A DNA stretch of 64,000 bases, taken from the NCBI GenBank assembly GCA_052139675.1, contig JBKQWE010000025.1, positions 4,303 through 68,302 of the forward strand. The letters are read 5' to 3'. This stretch comes from Candidatus Brocadiia bacterium. GTDB taxonomy: Bacteria; Planctomycetota; Brocadiia; CAIUPP01. Below the pieces are notes generated by a model. The model saw only the letters and a program-made list of their open reading frames with translations, had not been told where the DNA came from and did no database searches. Of this stretch, positions 39,524 to 48,865 are shown one piece after another; the first letter of the stretch is position 1, and every line of letters begins with the position of its first letter. The translations under genes and the position numbers were made by a program.

Positions 39524-40198
39524 TTACCACCAATAGGCCAAACCGGCGGTGATGCCGTTGTCGCGGACCCTGATGCTCCCGCCGCCCAGGTCGCTGCCGT
39601 TCAGCTTGAACTGGGTGTAATCGTACTCGACGAAGAGCGAGGTCTGCTTGCTGAGGAAAATATCCGCGCCCGCCACAGCGCCCCAGATGAACACGGCGTC
39701 ATGGAAGGTGTTGCCCCCGTGTTTTCCGCCCACTGCCACGGCGGCCGCTCCGCTGGCGGTCACGTACGCCGCGCCGGCCTTCGGGCCGATGTAGGGCGAG
39801 ATGTTGCCTTCCATCGGGATGCGCCATTTCGGGATGAAGACGATCGAATACTCTTGCAGCCGGACGTCTGCGCCGGCGGTGCCGACCTGGGCCAGCGCGA
39901 CCATCGCCCGCGCCGCCATTTCAAACTGGTCGCACACCATGTAGCCGTATTCGCCCGCGATCGCGAAGATCGCGGCATACGCGTCAATGTCGCCGGCCAC
40001 GTCGCCGTAGTTCGCTGCGCCCAGAATGGCGATCCTCTCGCTGCCCGCTGCCACCATCCCACTGCCCATAGCAGCGCCGCCCTCAGTGTTCGTCGTCGTC
40101 GTCGTCGTGGTCGCCGGCTGCTGGGCTTGCGCGTAGGCGCCGCAGCCGAAATAGCCCATCACCGCCAACGCCAAAAGCAAAGCCACAATGCGCTTCAT
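39524..40198 (-). CDS. Small outer-membrane beta-barrel protein (OmpA/OmpW-like)
   Basis: Signal peptide, poly-Thr stretch, ISPYIGPKAGAAY, VAGADI, LFVEYDY, C-terminal aromatic GLAYWW. Confidence 0.75.
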   Translation of the reverse strand: MKRIVALLLALAVMGYFGCGAYAQAQQPATTTTTTTNTEGGAAMGSGMVAAGSERIAILGAANYGDVAGDIDAYAAIFAIAGEYGYMVCDQFEMAARAMVALAQVGTAGADVRLQEYSIVFIPKWRIPMEGNISPYIGPKAGAAYVTASGAAAVAVGGKHGGNTFHDAVFIWGAVAGADIFLSKQTSLFVEYDYTQFKLNGSDLGGGSIRVRDNGITAGLAYWW

Positions 40199-40368
40199 GA
40201 ACGTTTCCCCCCGCAATAAAACCAAAGATGTACCCGGCCCTCCTCTGGGCCCGGGTTAGAAAGGCGTTACGAAATAGTTCTCTACGCGCCCCCCTCCTTT
40301 CTTTTTCGAAACTGAAATTACGTTGATGTCCGATTGTGATCGTTGCCGCTGTGTTCCCCCGACCTGCC

Positions 40369-40400
40369 AAAAGTATAGGTACTCCGCGCTTGTCAGTCAA
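40369..40400 (-). promoter_or_regulatory. Putative promoter of the OMP gene with a long leader
   Basis: Minus strand TTGACT-N17-TATACT about 170 nt upstream of the ATG. Confidence 0.55.
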
Positions 40401-40480
40401 GCCAAAAACGGACGAAAATTCGATTCAGCCGCTCGCGCCGGCTTTCTCCGCGCGCATCGGTGCGCGAGCCTCATCCGCCG

Positions 40481-42277
40481 CTACAGCCATCGCCGGACCA
40501 GGTACGCGGCCGATTCCATGAGCATCTGCCGCCAGGGGCGCGATTCGTGCTCGATCAGCGTCAGCTCGCGGCACTTCGCCAGGTCGGCGAGCATCTGGTC
40601 GCGCAGCCGCCGCGTGAAAGCCCCGTCGGCCACCACCGCCACCGATTCGAGCTGATGCAGCAGGCTGCGATGGTCGAAATTATAGCTTCCCACCGTCGCC
40701 CACGCATCGTCAATCGCCGCGGTCTTGGCGTGCATCATGCTGAACGGCCACTCGAAGAGCCGCACGCCGGAGGCGAGCAGTTCGCTGTAGAGGCTCCGGC
40801 TGGCGTAGGCGGCGGTGGTCACGTCGCTGTTTTTCGAGAGGATGACGGCGACGACCACGCCGCGCCCCGCGGCATGGGCCAGCGCGCGGCGGACGCCGCG
40901 GTCGGGGATGAAATACGCGTTCTCGATCAGGATGTAGCGCTGCGCGTTATGGAAGGCGTGCAGGTACGCGCGCCGGATGTCCTGGCGGTGGCGGAATTCC
41001 CAGTTCCCGACGATCTGCACGGCGACGCCGCCGCGCTCCCAAATCTCGTCGGAGACTTCGCGCCCGCGCCGCCGCGCGCCGGGCCCGAGCGGCAGGCCCA
41101 GCCGCCGGCGCACGTCGCCGGCCAGGCGCCGCCCGGCGGGCCACGACTTGCCGTACGGCGCCGCGGACAGCCACCCGTACTCGAAAAGCTCCCCGATCCG
41201 CTCGGCCGGCGCCCGGCCTTCGAGCCGGAGCTGAGTATCGCGCCAGCCGCCGGATTCCGGCGGCGCATTGTACTCGTCGGCGATGTTCATCCCGCCCAGG
41301 AACGAGACCTGGCCATCCACCACCATGTTTTTCCGGTGGTCGCGCCGGCTCACCGCCCAGCTCGGACGCGTGATCACCAGCGGGTGGTACACCGCGACGG
41401 CGACCCCGGCCTGGATCAGCGGCTGCACGAAGCGGTCGGGCAGGCCGAGAGAGCCGATGTAGTCGTAGAGCAGCCGGACGCGGACGCCGCGCCCGGCCGC
41501 CGCCGCGAGCGCATCGCGGAAGCGCGTGCCGGTGCCGTCCGCGCGGATCATGTACGTCTCAAGGTCCACCGTCCGCCGCGCGCCCTCGATGGCCGCCAGC
41601 ATCTCCGGGAACGCCTCGCCGCCGTCCACGAGCAGCCGGACGCGCCCGGCGCATTCGAACTCCTGCGGCGTGCGCGCGTAACGGGCCAGCGCCGCGGCCG
41701 GCGGCTGCGCCGGCGCATTCTCTCCCGGCAGCTCGAGCGGCCGCGGCGCTTCCTTTTTGCGGCCGCGGGTCCGCCGCAGGCTCCGCCGCCGCGCGCGCCA
41801 CGTCCAGACCGCGATCACCGCCAGCGGATACGAGACCGCCGCGGCGACCAGCCCGGTGGCGAGATACCCGAGCGCCAGCGGCCCCATGAAGCTCAGGCCC
41901 GCCTGGCCCATCAGCGCGCACACTCCCTTCAGCGACTCCCAGGGCGCGCTCCAGGCCCACTGGGTCAGCGCCGCGAGCCGGTGCGATCCGCTGGCGTGCG
42001 CCGGCCAGAGCCAGACGCCGATCTTGAACTGCACGTAGGCCAGCGGCAGCATCGTCGCCGGGTTCCACAGGACCAGCGGGAAGATCGCGGCCAGCTTGTT
42101 GCCCCGGACGACCCAGGCCGTGATGAGTCCGATGCCGACGTGAAGGCCCGGCACCGGGCAAGCGGCCGCGAAGAACCCCGCCGCCACGCCGCGCGCGATC
42201 CGCGTGGCCGGCTCCCTGCGGCTGAGCACCCTGCGCCCGGCCACGCGCGTCCGCCGCCATAACTGTCGCGACGCCAT
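40481..42277 (-). CDS. DUF2062 - cardiolipin synthase (PLD, ClsB-like) fusion
   Basis: N-term P.RIARGVAAGFF...PVPGLH...N.LA...WNPAT (DUF2062-like); two HKD motifs, HRKNMVVD and HAKTAAID; GSYNFD.RS. Confidence 0.82.
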   Translation of the reverse strand: MASRQLWRRTRVAGRRVLSRREPATRIARGVAAGFFAAACPVPGLHVGIGLITAWVVRGNKLAAIFPLVLWNPATMLPLAYVQFKIGVWLWPAHASGSHRLAALTQWAWSAPWESLKGVCALMGQAGLSFMGPLALGYLATGLVAAAVSYPLAVIAVWTWRARRRSLRRTRGRKKEAPRPLELPGENAPAQPPAAALARYARTPQEFECAGRVRLLVDGGEAFPEMLAAIEGARRTVDLETYMIRADGTGTRFRDALAAAAGRGVRVRLLYDYIGSLGLPDRFVQPLIQAGVAVAVYHPLVITRPSWAVSRRDHRKNMVVDGQVSFLGGMNIADEYNAPPESGGWRDTQLRLEGRAPAERIGELFEYGWLSAAPYGKSWPAGRRLAGDVRRRLGLPLGPGARRRGREVSDEIWERGGVAVQIVGNWEFRHRQDIRRAYLHAFHNAQRYILIENAYFIPDRGVRRALAHAAGRGVVVAVILSKNSDVTTAAYASRSLYSELLASGVRLFEWPFSMMHAKTAAIDDAWATVGSYNFDHRSLLHQLESVAVVADGAFTRRLRDQMLADLAKCRELTLIEHESRPWRQMLMESAAYLVRRWL

Positions 42278-42295
42278 CCGTCCGCTCTCCGGCCG

Positions 42296-42375
42296 TTCAT
42301 TCGGCAATCCGCCTTCGCCCCTTCGGCTGCGCTCAGGGCTGTGGCGGACAAGTCGGCAATCGGCATTCGGCAATC
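42296..42375. repeat. Heptamer array with an embedded CTTCG..GCTCAG REP core
   Basis: ATTCGGC AATCCGC ... CCCTTCGGCTGCGCTCAGGGC ... AGTCGGC AATCGGC ATTCGGC AATC. Confidence 0.65.
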
Positions 42376-43468
42376 AGGAAGAGGCTTCCACCGGCACCAC
42401 GCTGATCGTCACGCGTTCGCGCCCTCGAAGGATCGCCAGCGCCGCCGGCCGGCCGATCGGCCACTCCGCCAGCACGCGGTGCAGATCGTCCACGCTCTCC
42501 ACCTCGCGCCCCTCGATCGCCACGATCAGGTCGCCGGTCTGCACGCTCGCCTGCCGCGCCGGGCCGTTCGGATCCAGGGCCAGCACCTCCACCGCGCGGT
42601 CATGGTTCAGGCCGTGGAACCGCACCAGCCGCCGGTCCAGCGGGCGCTGCCGGCCGGCGATCCCCAGCGAGCCGCGCCGCACCCGCCCGTGCAGGAGCAG
42701 TTGCGACACCACCCACTTGGCCGTGGCCGAGGGAATGGCGAACCCGATCCCCTGCGCCTGCGGGATGATCGCCGTGTTGATCCCCACGACCGCGCCGCGC
42801 GAATCCACCAGCGGCCCGCCCGAGTTCCCCGGGTTCAGCGGCGCGGTGTGCTGGATGATGTTCTCGATCAGCCGCCCCTCGCGGGTGCGGAACGCGCGGC
42901 CGAGCGCGCTGATGACGCCGGTGGAGACGGTGGACTGGAAGCCGAACGGGTTCCCGACCGCGATGACCAGTTGCCCGGCGCGCAGCGAGGCGGAATCGCC
43001 GATCGAGGCGTGCGCCAGCCCCGAGCCTTCCGCGCGGATCACCGCCAGGTCCGTCGCCGGGTCCACGCCCACGACGCTCGCGGTGAGCACACGCCCGTCG
43101 GCGAGAGTCACGGTGAGCCCGCGGGCGCTGGCGACGACGTGGTGGTTCGTGAGGACGTATCCGTCCGGCGCGATGATGACGCCGGACCCGGCGCCGACGT
43201 GCTCCGGCGTCGGCGACGACGCGTCGCCGAACGACACGCCGACGACCGCCGGCCCCATCGCCTCCATGACGGAGATCACCGCCCGCGAATATGCGTCGAG
43301 GACCTCCGCCTCGGCCGGCGCCGCCGCGCCGGCCTCCGGTCGAGCCGACGCGCCGACGGCGGGTCCCGAGTCGTTGATGACCTGCAAGACCCGCCGCATG
43401 CGCTCGTCCGCGGCGGATGACGAGACCGCCTCCGCCGCGCGCGACGCCGCACTCTTCCTGCGTCCCAT
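42374..43468 (-). CDS. HtrA/DegP-like trypsin serine protease with PDZ domain
   Basis: GSGVII.PDGYVLTNHHV, DLAVIR, IQHTAPLNPGNSGGPL, PDZ (GDLIVAIEG). Confidence 0.92.
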   Translation of the reverse strand: MGRRKSAASRAAEAVSSSAADERMRRVLQVINDSGPAVGASARPEAGAAAPAEAEVLDAYSRAVISVMEAMGPAVVGVSFGDASSPTPEHVGAGSGVIIAPDGYVLTNHHVVASARGLTVTLADGRVLTASVVGVDPATDLAVIRAEGSGLAHASIGDSASLRAGQLVIAVGNPFGFQSTVSTGVISALGRAFRTREGRLIENIIQHTAPLNPGNSGGPLVDSRGAVVGINTAIIPQAQGIGFAIPSATAKWVVSQLLLHGRVRRGSLGIAGRQRPLDRRLVRFHGLNHDRAVEVLALDPNGPARQASVQTGDLIVAIEGREVESVDDLHRVLAEWPIGRPAALAILRGRERVTISVVPVEASS

Positions 43469-43852
43469 ATACTGCCCTCGCCCTTCGTTCCGCCGGCGCT
43501 CGCCCGCGCGGGCAGCCTGGCCCGGTGCCCACCGTGTAATTACAGGCCGGTCCTTCTGAGCCAACTCGCTTACGGATCGTAACTTACATATTGGCTGGTG
43601 CCGATGTCAACACGCAGGACTTGAGGCGATCGGAGGCAGGTAGCGGCCGGCGCAGATTTCGGCGCGCGGGACTTGATGCGGTCAGAATCTCGCATGAGAC
43701 GGCAAGGTGCGTGCGTACGAGATTGCGCGCCCGCTGCTAAGAACTGGCAGGCACACTGCCTGAAGGCCTATAGGCGCTCGCGCGAACAAGGCCAGACGGC
43801 CGGCATCCGGGAGCGGCTGCGGCCATGGAAATTCTCGCCACCGATTCCGTTC

Positions 43853-45889
43853 TCAGCCGGGCGCGGCGTTGCTGGATGCGGGCACGGGAGCGGTGGCGGG
43901 CAGGATCGGCTTTCCGCCGGCTTTCGCGCGCAGGTCGCGCAGCTTGGCGGCGGTGGCGGCGCCGCCCAGGTCGGGGCTGTCCTTCTCGAGGGCGTTCACG
44001 GCGGCAACGGCTTTCTTCGGGTCCACGGCGGCGACCTGCTCGACGACGCGGATGGTTTCCTGCCAGCAGTAGTCCGACAGCTCCGGCGCGGCTTTGCGCG
44101 TCTGGAGAAGGAGCGCCAGCAGCGCGTCGTAGTCCGCCTGGGCGGTGAGGCAGGCGGCCAGGGATTTGACGTACTGCGGTTCCTTGGGAGATTGCGCGAC
44201 GAGGGCTTCAAGCTGGGTCCGGGCGCGGGCCCATTCTTTGGCGGCCATCAGGCCGGCGGCCAGGCGCTGGCGCAGGCCGGCGGCCGGCTGGGCGTTGTTG
44301 GGGCCCAGTTGCGTCACCGCGGCATCCAGAACGGTGGCCGCCAGGGCGTAGCTGCGGGCGGCCATGAGCCGGTCCAGCGCGGCGGCGTAGAGCGCGGCTT
44401 TGGAATCGGCCACCTGGAGCAGCGAGCGCAAGGCCTGGTCGCTGACGCGCTTCTCTTTGTCGGAGAGCGCGTCCACCAGGGTGTCGAGCGCGGCCGGATC
44501 GCCGATGCGGCTGAGCGAGGCGAGGGCCACCTCGCGGTTCTGCGGGTTCGGGTCCTTGAGGGCGACGTTCGCCAGCGGCTTGACGGCGTCGGCGACGCCG
44601 AGTCCGCCGAGGGCGTCGGCGGAGGCCCAGCGGACGTTTTCCTTGGGGCTTCCGAGGAGCTTGACGAGGATCGGGACCGCGCGCGGGTCGTGGATTTTGG
44701 CGAGCGCGTTCGCGGCGGCGTCGTAGAGCGGCGCCGGGGTGTCCGTGGCGGTCACCACGCTGATGAGCTTGTCGAGCGCGGCGGGATCGGCCAGTTCGGC
44801 CAGGGCGTTGGCGGCGGCGACGGCGGCTTCGACGTCGGTGTCCGAGAGCATGGCGATCAGCTCGTTCACCGCGTCTTTGGCTTTCAGGACGCCGAGCGCG
44901 TGCGCGGCGGCGGCGCGGACGGAGCTCTCCGGGTCGTTCATCGCCTTGAGGAGCGCCGGGGCGACGGAGGCATCGCCCTGCGCGCCGAGCGCGTCCGCGG
45001 CGGCCTGCCGCACGGAGGCGTCCGTCTCGGCCAGCGCATTGATGAGGGCCGTCCGGACCGCCGGACCGCGCAGCGGCGTGAGTCCCTTGATCGCGCGCTT
45101 CTTGACGGAGGCGAGGTCGCACTGCGTCAGGGCCTCGATGAACGCGGCGGAGTCGTTCTGGTTCTTGGGGTCATCGAGGGTTTTCAGGTAGAGTTTCTCG
45201 AGGACGCGGCTGAGGCTCTCGATCCGCTCGGTCTGGAGCTCGACGAGGTGCTGGAGCATCTCCTCGCGCGTGAGGTTGGGATTCTGGCGCCACCATTCGA
45301 GCCATTCGCGGGCGGTGTTGAAGCGGCGCAGGGTGATGGTTTCGAGCGCGGCGCGCGAAGCGGTGCGGACGGCTTCGTCGGGGTCCGAGAGCAGCTTGAT
45401 GAGCGCCTGGATCGCCTCGGTGGCGCGGAGGTCGCCGAGGAGGTTGACCGCCTGGACGCGGATGACCAGCGGGCGCTTGAGGTCGCCGGCGGCTTGTTCG
45501 AGCAGCCGCACGGATGGCGTGGTGTGGACCTGCTGGAGCGCGCCGCGGGCGGCCAGGCGGACGTTTTCGCTCGGGTCGGCCAGCGCGGCGATGATCGGGC
45601 CGCAGGCGCGGTCGTCGCCCTGGACGCCGAAGGCGGTGATGACGCTGATGCGGACCGTCTCGGGCTGGTCGGGCTGAAGGGCTTCGAGGAGGGCTTTCAA
45701 GGCGGCCTCGTCCTCGGCCGCAACGAGCGAGGTGGCGGCGGAGGAGCGCTTCTGCGGGTCGTCGGAGCGGAGCAGGCGCGTCCACTCGCCGAGTTGTTTC
45801 TTGCTGATCCGCTGACCGTAGGCCGGGAATGCGCCGCAGAAGACCACGAGAGCGGCGAGACAAAGCCACCAGTGGCGCACGGGAGACAT
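43853..45889 (-). CDS. Exported HEAT/PBS-lyase repeat protein with TPR-like C-terminus
   Basis: Signal peptide; repeated L.DP...VR.AAA.ALG motifs. Confidence 0.85.
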   Translation of the reverse strand: MSPVRHWWLCLAALVVFCGAFPAYGQRISKKQLGEWTRLLRSDDPQKRSSAATSLVAAEDEAALKALLEALQPDQPETVRISVITAFGVQGDDRACGPIIAALADPSENVRLAARGALQQVHTTPSVRLLEQAAGDLKRPLVIRVQAVNLLGDLRATEAIQALIKLLSDPDEAVRTASRAALETITLRRFNTAREWLEWWRQNPNLTREEMLQHLVELQTERIESLSRVLEKLYLKTLDDPKNQNDSAAFIEALTQCDLASVKKRAIKGLTPLRGPAVRTALINALAETDASVRQAAADALGAQGDASVAPALLKAMNDPESSVRAAAAHALGVLKAKDAVNELIAMLSDTDVEAAVAAANALAELADPAALDKLISVVTATDTPAPLYDAAANALAKIHDPRAVPILVKLLGSPKENVRWASADALGGLGVADAVKPLANVALKDPNPQNREVALASLSRIGDPAALDTLVDALSDKEKRVSDQALRSLLQVADSKAALYAAALDRLMAARSYALAATVLDAAVTQLGPNNAQPAAGLRQRLAAGLMAAKEWARARTQLEALVAQSPKEPQYVKSLAACLTAQADYDALLALLLQTRKAAPELSDYCWQETIRVVEQVAAVDPKKAVAAVNALEKDSPDLGGAATAAKLRDLRAKAGGKPILPATAPVPASSNAAPG

Positions 45890-45901
45890 GGTGAGCCTCC
45901 G

Positions 45902-45985
45902 CAATTTCCAATGGCCAATTTCCAATGGGCGCGCGACGCTTCAGCTCGGATCTTTGGGTATTGGAGATTGGAAATTAGAGCTTGG
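45902..45985. repeat. Inverted heptamer array
   Basis: AATTTCC AATGGCC AATTTCC AATGG ... TTGGGTA TTGGAGA TTGGAAA TTAGAGC TTGG. Confidence 0.7.
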
Positions 45986-46877
45986 ATGATCCTTTCAGGC
46001 GCACGCGTTCGAGTTCTTCCTTCATTTTGGCAGCGGCGCCCGCTACAGTCAAATCCCAATCCGGCGGCGTCTGCGGCCGGTCGGGCCGACGATAAGCGAA
46101 GATGATGCCGCGCGAGGAATTGACGACAGCGCCGCGGCCTTCTGCGTCGAAGCACGGCCGGCAATCCTCGGCCGTCGCGCCCTGCGCGCCGTAACCGGGG
46201 ACGAGGAAGAGCGCGTGCGGCATGAGCCGGCGCAGCTTCTCGGCGGCCGCCGGGAACGTGGCGCCGACGACCGCGCCGACGGCGCTGTAGCCGCATTCCC
46301 CGCGGCAGTCGCCGCCCCAGCGCTCGACGAGTTCGGCGACCTTCTCGTACAGCTTCGCGCCGGAGGCGTCGAGGTCCTGCAAGTCCACCGAGGACGGGTT
46401 GGAGGTCTTGACGAGGACGAAAATCCCCTTTCCATCCCGGGCGCGCTTGAGGAACGGCGCGACGCCGTCAATGCCCAGGTACGGGTTCACCGTGACGGCG
46501 TCCGCCTGGAGCAGGTCGAGATGGCCCTGCGCGTAGGCTTCGGCGGTGGAGCCGATGTCGCCGCGCTTGACGTCGGCGATGACCAGCAGGCCGCAGTCGC
46601 GCGCGGCGCGGACCGTGCCGGCCAGCGCGCGCACGCCTTCCCAGCCGAGCGCCTCGTAGAACGCCGATTGAGGCTTGACGGCGGCGGCGTGATCGGCGAC
46701 GGCGGCGAGGACCCGGCGGTTGAATTCCATCACCGCGTCGGCCGCGTCGGAGTTCGAGCGGCGGGCTTTCTCGCGGAGATCGGACGGGAGCGAGTCGAGC
46801 TGCGGATCGAGGCCGACGACCACGCAGCTCCGCTTGCGCTCGACAGTTTCGATCAGCCGGTCGGCAAAGTTTTTCAT
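45975..46877 (-). CDS. pyrF: Orotidine-5'-phosphate decarboxylase
   Basis: VVGLDP, VKPQSAFYE, IADVKRGDIGST, VKTSNP, GAVVGAT, LVPGYGAQG, NSSRGI. Confidence 0.95.
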   Translation of the reverse strand: MKNFADRLIETVERKRSCVVVGLDPQLDSLPSDLREKARRSNSDAADAVMEFNRRVLAAVADHAAAVKPQSAFYEALGWEGVRALAGTVRAARDCGLLVIADVKRGDIGSTAEAYAQGHLDLLQADAVTVNPYLGIDGVAPFLKRARDGKGIFVLVKTSNPSSVDLQDLDASGAKLYEKVAELVERWGGDCRGECGYSAVGAVVGATFPAAAEKLRRLMPHALFLVPGYGAQGATAEDCRPCFDAEGRGAVVNSSRGIIFAYRRPDRPQTPPDWDLTVAGAAAKMKEELERVRLKGSSKL

Positions 46878-46981
46878 GTTGGTTCGAGCCGAGGTTCCGC
46901 GGCGCGCTGCCCGCTCTCCCGCTTCTGTCGAAGCGGGACGAAGCGGGCAAGAGGCCGCTCGGGCGCCGGCCGGCCGCCGGG

Positions 46982-47218
46982 TTACTTGCCTTTTGGAGCG
47001 GACGATTTTCCGCCGCCGGTGCCGACAGCGATGACCAGGCCGGTGAAGGCGCCGACGGCGAAGAAGACGAAATACATGATGGCGGCTTTGTCCACAACGT
47101 CCACGCCGAGCCGGGTCAGCTTGAAACGCGCCGGCTGATCGTTCGACATGCCCATCATGACCATGAACAGCATTACGGCGACTACGACTGCGAATTTCAT
47201 CAAGAGCCGGGCATTCAC
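46982..47218 (-). CDS. Small 2-TM membrane protein, LapA/DUF1049-like
   Basis: Two hydrophobic helices with N.QP..F linker, basic tail; sits upstream of pyrF as lapA does in enterobacteria. Confidence 0.55.
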   Translation of the reverse strand: MNARLLMKFAVVVAVMLFMVMMGMSNDQPARFKLTRLGVDVVDKAAIMYFVFFAVGAFTGLVIAVGTGGGKSSAPKGK

Positions 47219-47312
47219 GCTTCGATTCTCCTATAAAAACTTCACGGGCGACATCAGTTTACCATCGGAGCGAAGGAAACTCAAATTCCGGCGACTTTTC
47301 GCGCTTAAACGC

Positions 47313-47347
47313 CGAATGGGCAACCACTTACGGAGATTGCCCATTCG
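47313..47347. terminator. Hairpin downstream of argG
   Basis: CGAATGGGCAA ... TTGCCCATTCG 11-bp stem. Confidence 0.4.
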
Positions 47348-47378
47348 ATTCCCGCGGACCGGCATGCGGCCGGGTTCC

Positions 47379-48668
47379 TCACTTTTTGGCTTTAGGCTTG
47401 GGCGTCCCGGCGCCGGAGCCCTGGAGGAACTTCTCCATGGCTTTGCGGCGCTTGGAGAGGATCTCGAAGGGCAGCCCGCGCACCTTGGCGGCGTTCGAGC
47501 ACCAGCGCTGGTCGAAGCCGGTCGCCTTGATCGAGCGGATCTCCGGCGAGAAGAGGCTCGTCTCCGAGGCGCGATGGGTGATCACGATGTTGCCCTTGTA
47601 GAGCTTCACGCGGTAATCCGCGTTGCACACGTCCTGCGTCGCCAGGACGAACGCGTCCAGCGCGTTCTTCAGCGGCGTGTACCACATTCCGTGGTAGACC
47701 AGGAACGCCCACTTCGCGTCCACGCTCTTCTTGAACTGGATCTCGTCCTTCGTCAGGCAGTACTGCTCCAGGTCGCGGTGGAGCTTGAGCAGGACGTGCG
47801 CCGCCGGCGCCTCGTAAATCTCGCGGCTCTTCAGGTCCATGATCCCGTCCTCGAACATGTCAATCAGCCCGACGCCCGCCGCGCCGGCGATGACGTTCAG
47901 CTCGCTGATCAACGCGTCGAGCGGCATCTTCCTGCCGTTCAGCGTCACCGGCAGGCCCGCGCGGAACTGGAGGTCCACGGTCGTCGGCCGGTCCGGCGTC
48001 TTCTCGAGCGGCACCTTCCACATCCAGATGTCGTCCGGGATTTCCTGGTTCAGGTCCACCGCGCCGGAGGCGATCGAGCGGCACCAGAGCGTCTTGTCGT
48101 CGCCGCCGGTAATCTGCTCGGTCACCGGCACGCCCCACGCCTCGCACAGCAGCTTCTCCTCCGCGCGCGTCATGTCGAAATCGCGCACCGGCACCAGCAC
48201 TTCCATCTGCGGGGCGAACATCTTGAACACGTTGTGCATGCGGTACTGGTCGTTGCCCTTGCCGGTGGAGCCTTCCATCAGCCCGTCGCAGCCGAGTTCG
48301 AGCGCCTTCTCCGCCACGATCCGCGCCACGAGCTGCCGCGTCATCGAGGTCGAGACCGGGTACCCGTTGTAATCGCTGTTCGCGCGGATCGCCTTCGGCA
48401 GCCACACCTCGGCGAACTCCTTCCGCGCGTCAATCACGATCGGCTTCACGCCGAGCACCTTCGCCTTCGACCGCATCTCCTCCTGTTCCTGCTCGCCCTG
48501 GCCGACGTCGATGTTGATCGGGACAATTTCCTTCACCTTGTACTTCCGCCGCAGCAGCTCGATGCTCAGCGACGAGTCCAGCCCGCCGGAGTACGCGAGC
48601 GCGACCTTCGTCACTTTCGGCACCTGGCACGCCTCGACCTTCTTCCACACGTCTTTCCAGTCTGCCAT
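47379..48668 (-). CDS. argG: Argininosuccinate synthase
   Basis: VALAYSGGLDSS, GSTGKGNDQYR, IEGG-like region, SREIYEAPA, LYKGNI. Confidence 0.92.
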   Translation of the reverse strand: MADWKDVWKKVEACQVPKVTKVALAYSGGLDSSLSIELLRRKYKVKEIVPINIDVGQGEQEQEEMRSKAKVLGVKPIVIDARKEFAEVWLPKAIRANSDYNGYPVSTSMTRQLVARIVAEKALELGCDGLMEGSTGKGNDQYRMHNVFKMFAPQMEVLVPVRDFDMTRAEEKLLCEAWGVPVTEQITGGDDKTLWCRSIASGAVDLNQEIPDDIWMWKVPLEKTPDRPTTVDLQFRAGLPVTLNGRKMPLDALISELNVIAGAAGVGLIDMFEDGIMDLKSREIYEAPAAHVLLKLHRDLEQYCLTKDEIQFKKSVDAKWAFLVYHGMWYTPLKNALDAFVLATQDVCNADYRVKLYKGNIVITHRASETSLFSPEIRSIKATGFDQRWCSNAAKVRGLPFEILSKRRKAMEKFLQGSGAGTPKPKAKK

Positions 48669-48865
48669 GGTTGCAGTCTCCGCGCGTTAGGGGAACCCGG
48701 GAATGGGGCAGCGCTCTGCCTCCCCATGATTGGAATCGGAGTATATCAACGCGGCGCGGCGGCTGTCAAGAGGCATTTCGGCGACCGTCGGCGGGCGTGC
48801 GAAATCGGTCATGTGCGCTCGAAAAAGCGTCCGAAGAGACGGAGTTCCGAAACTCCGCGGACCGC

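Noticed and set aside
40088-40110. (ACG)n run as a phase-variation tract
   Set aside because: Trinucleotide, in frame (poly-Thr linker), so it cannot frameshift
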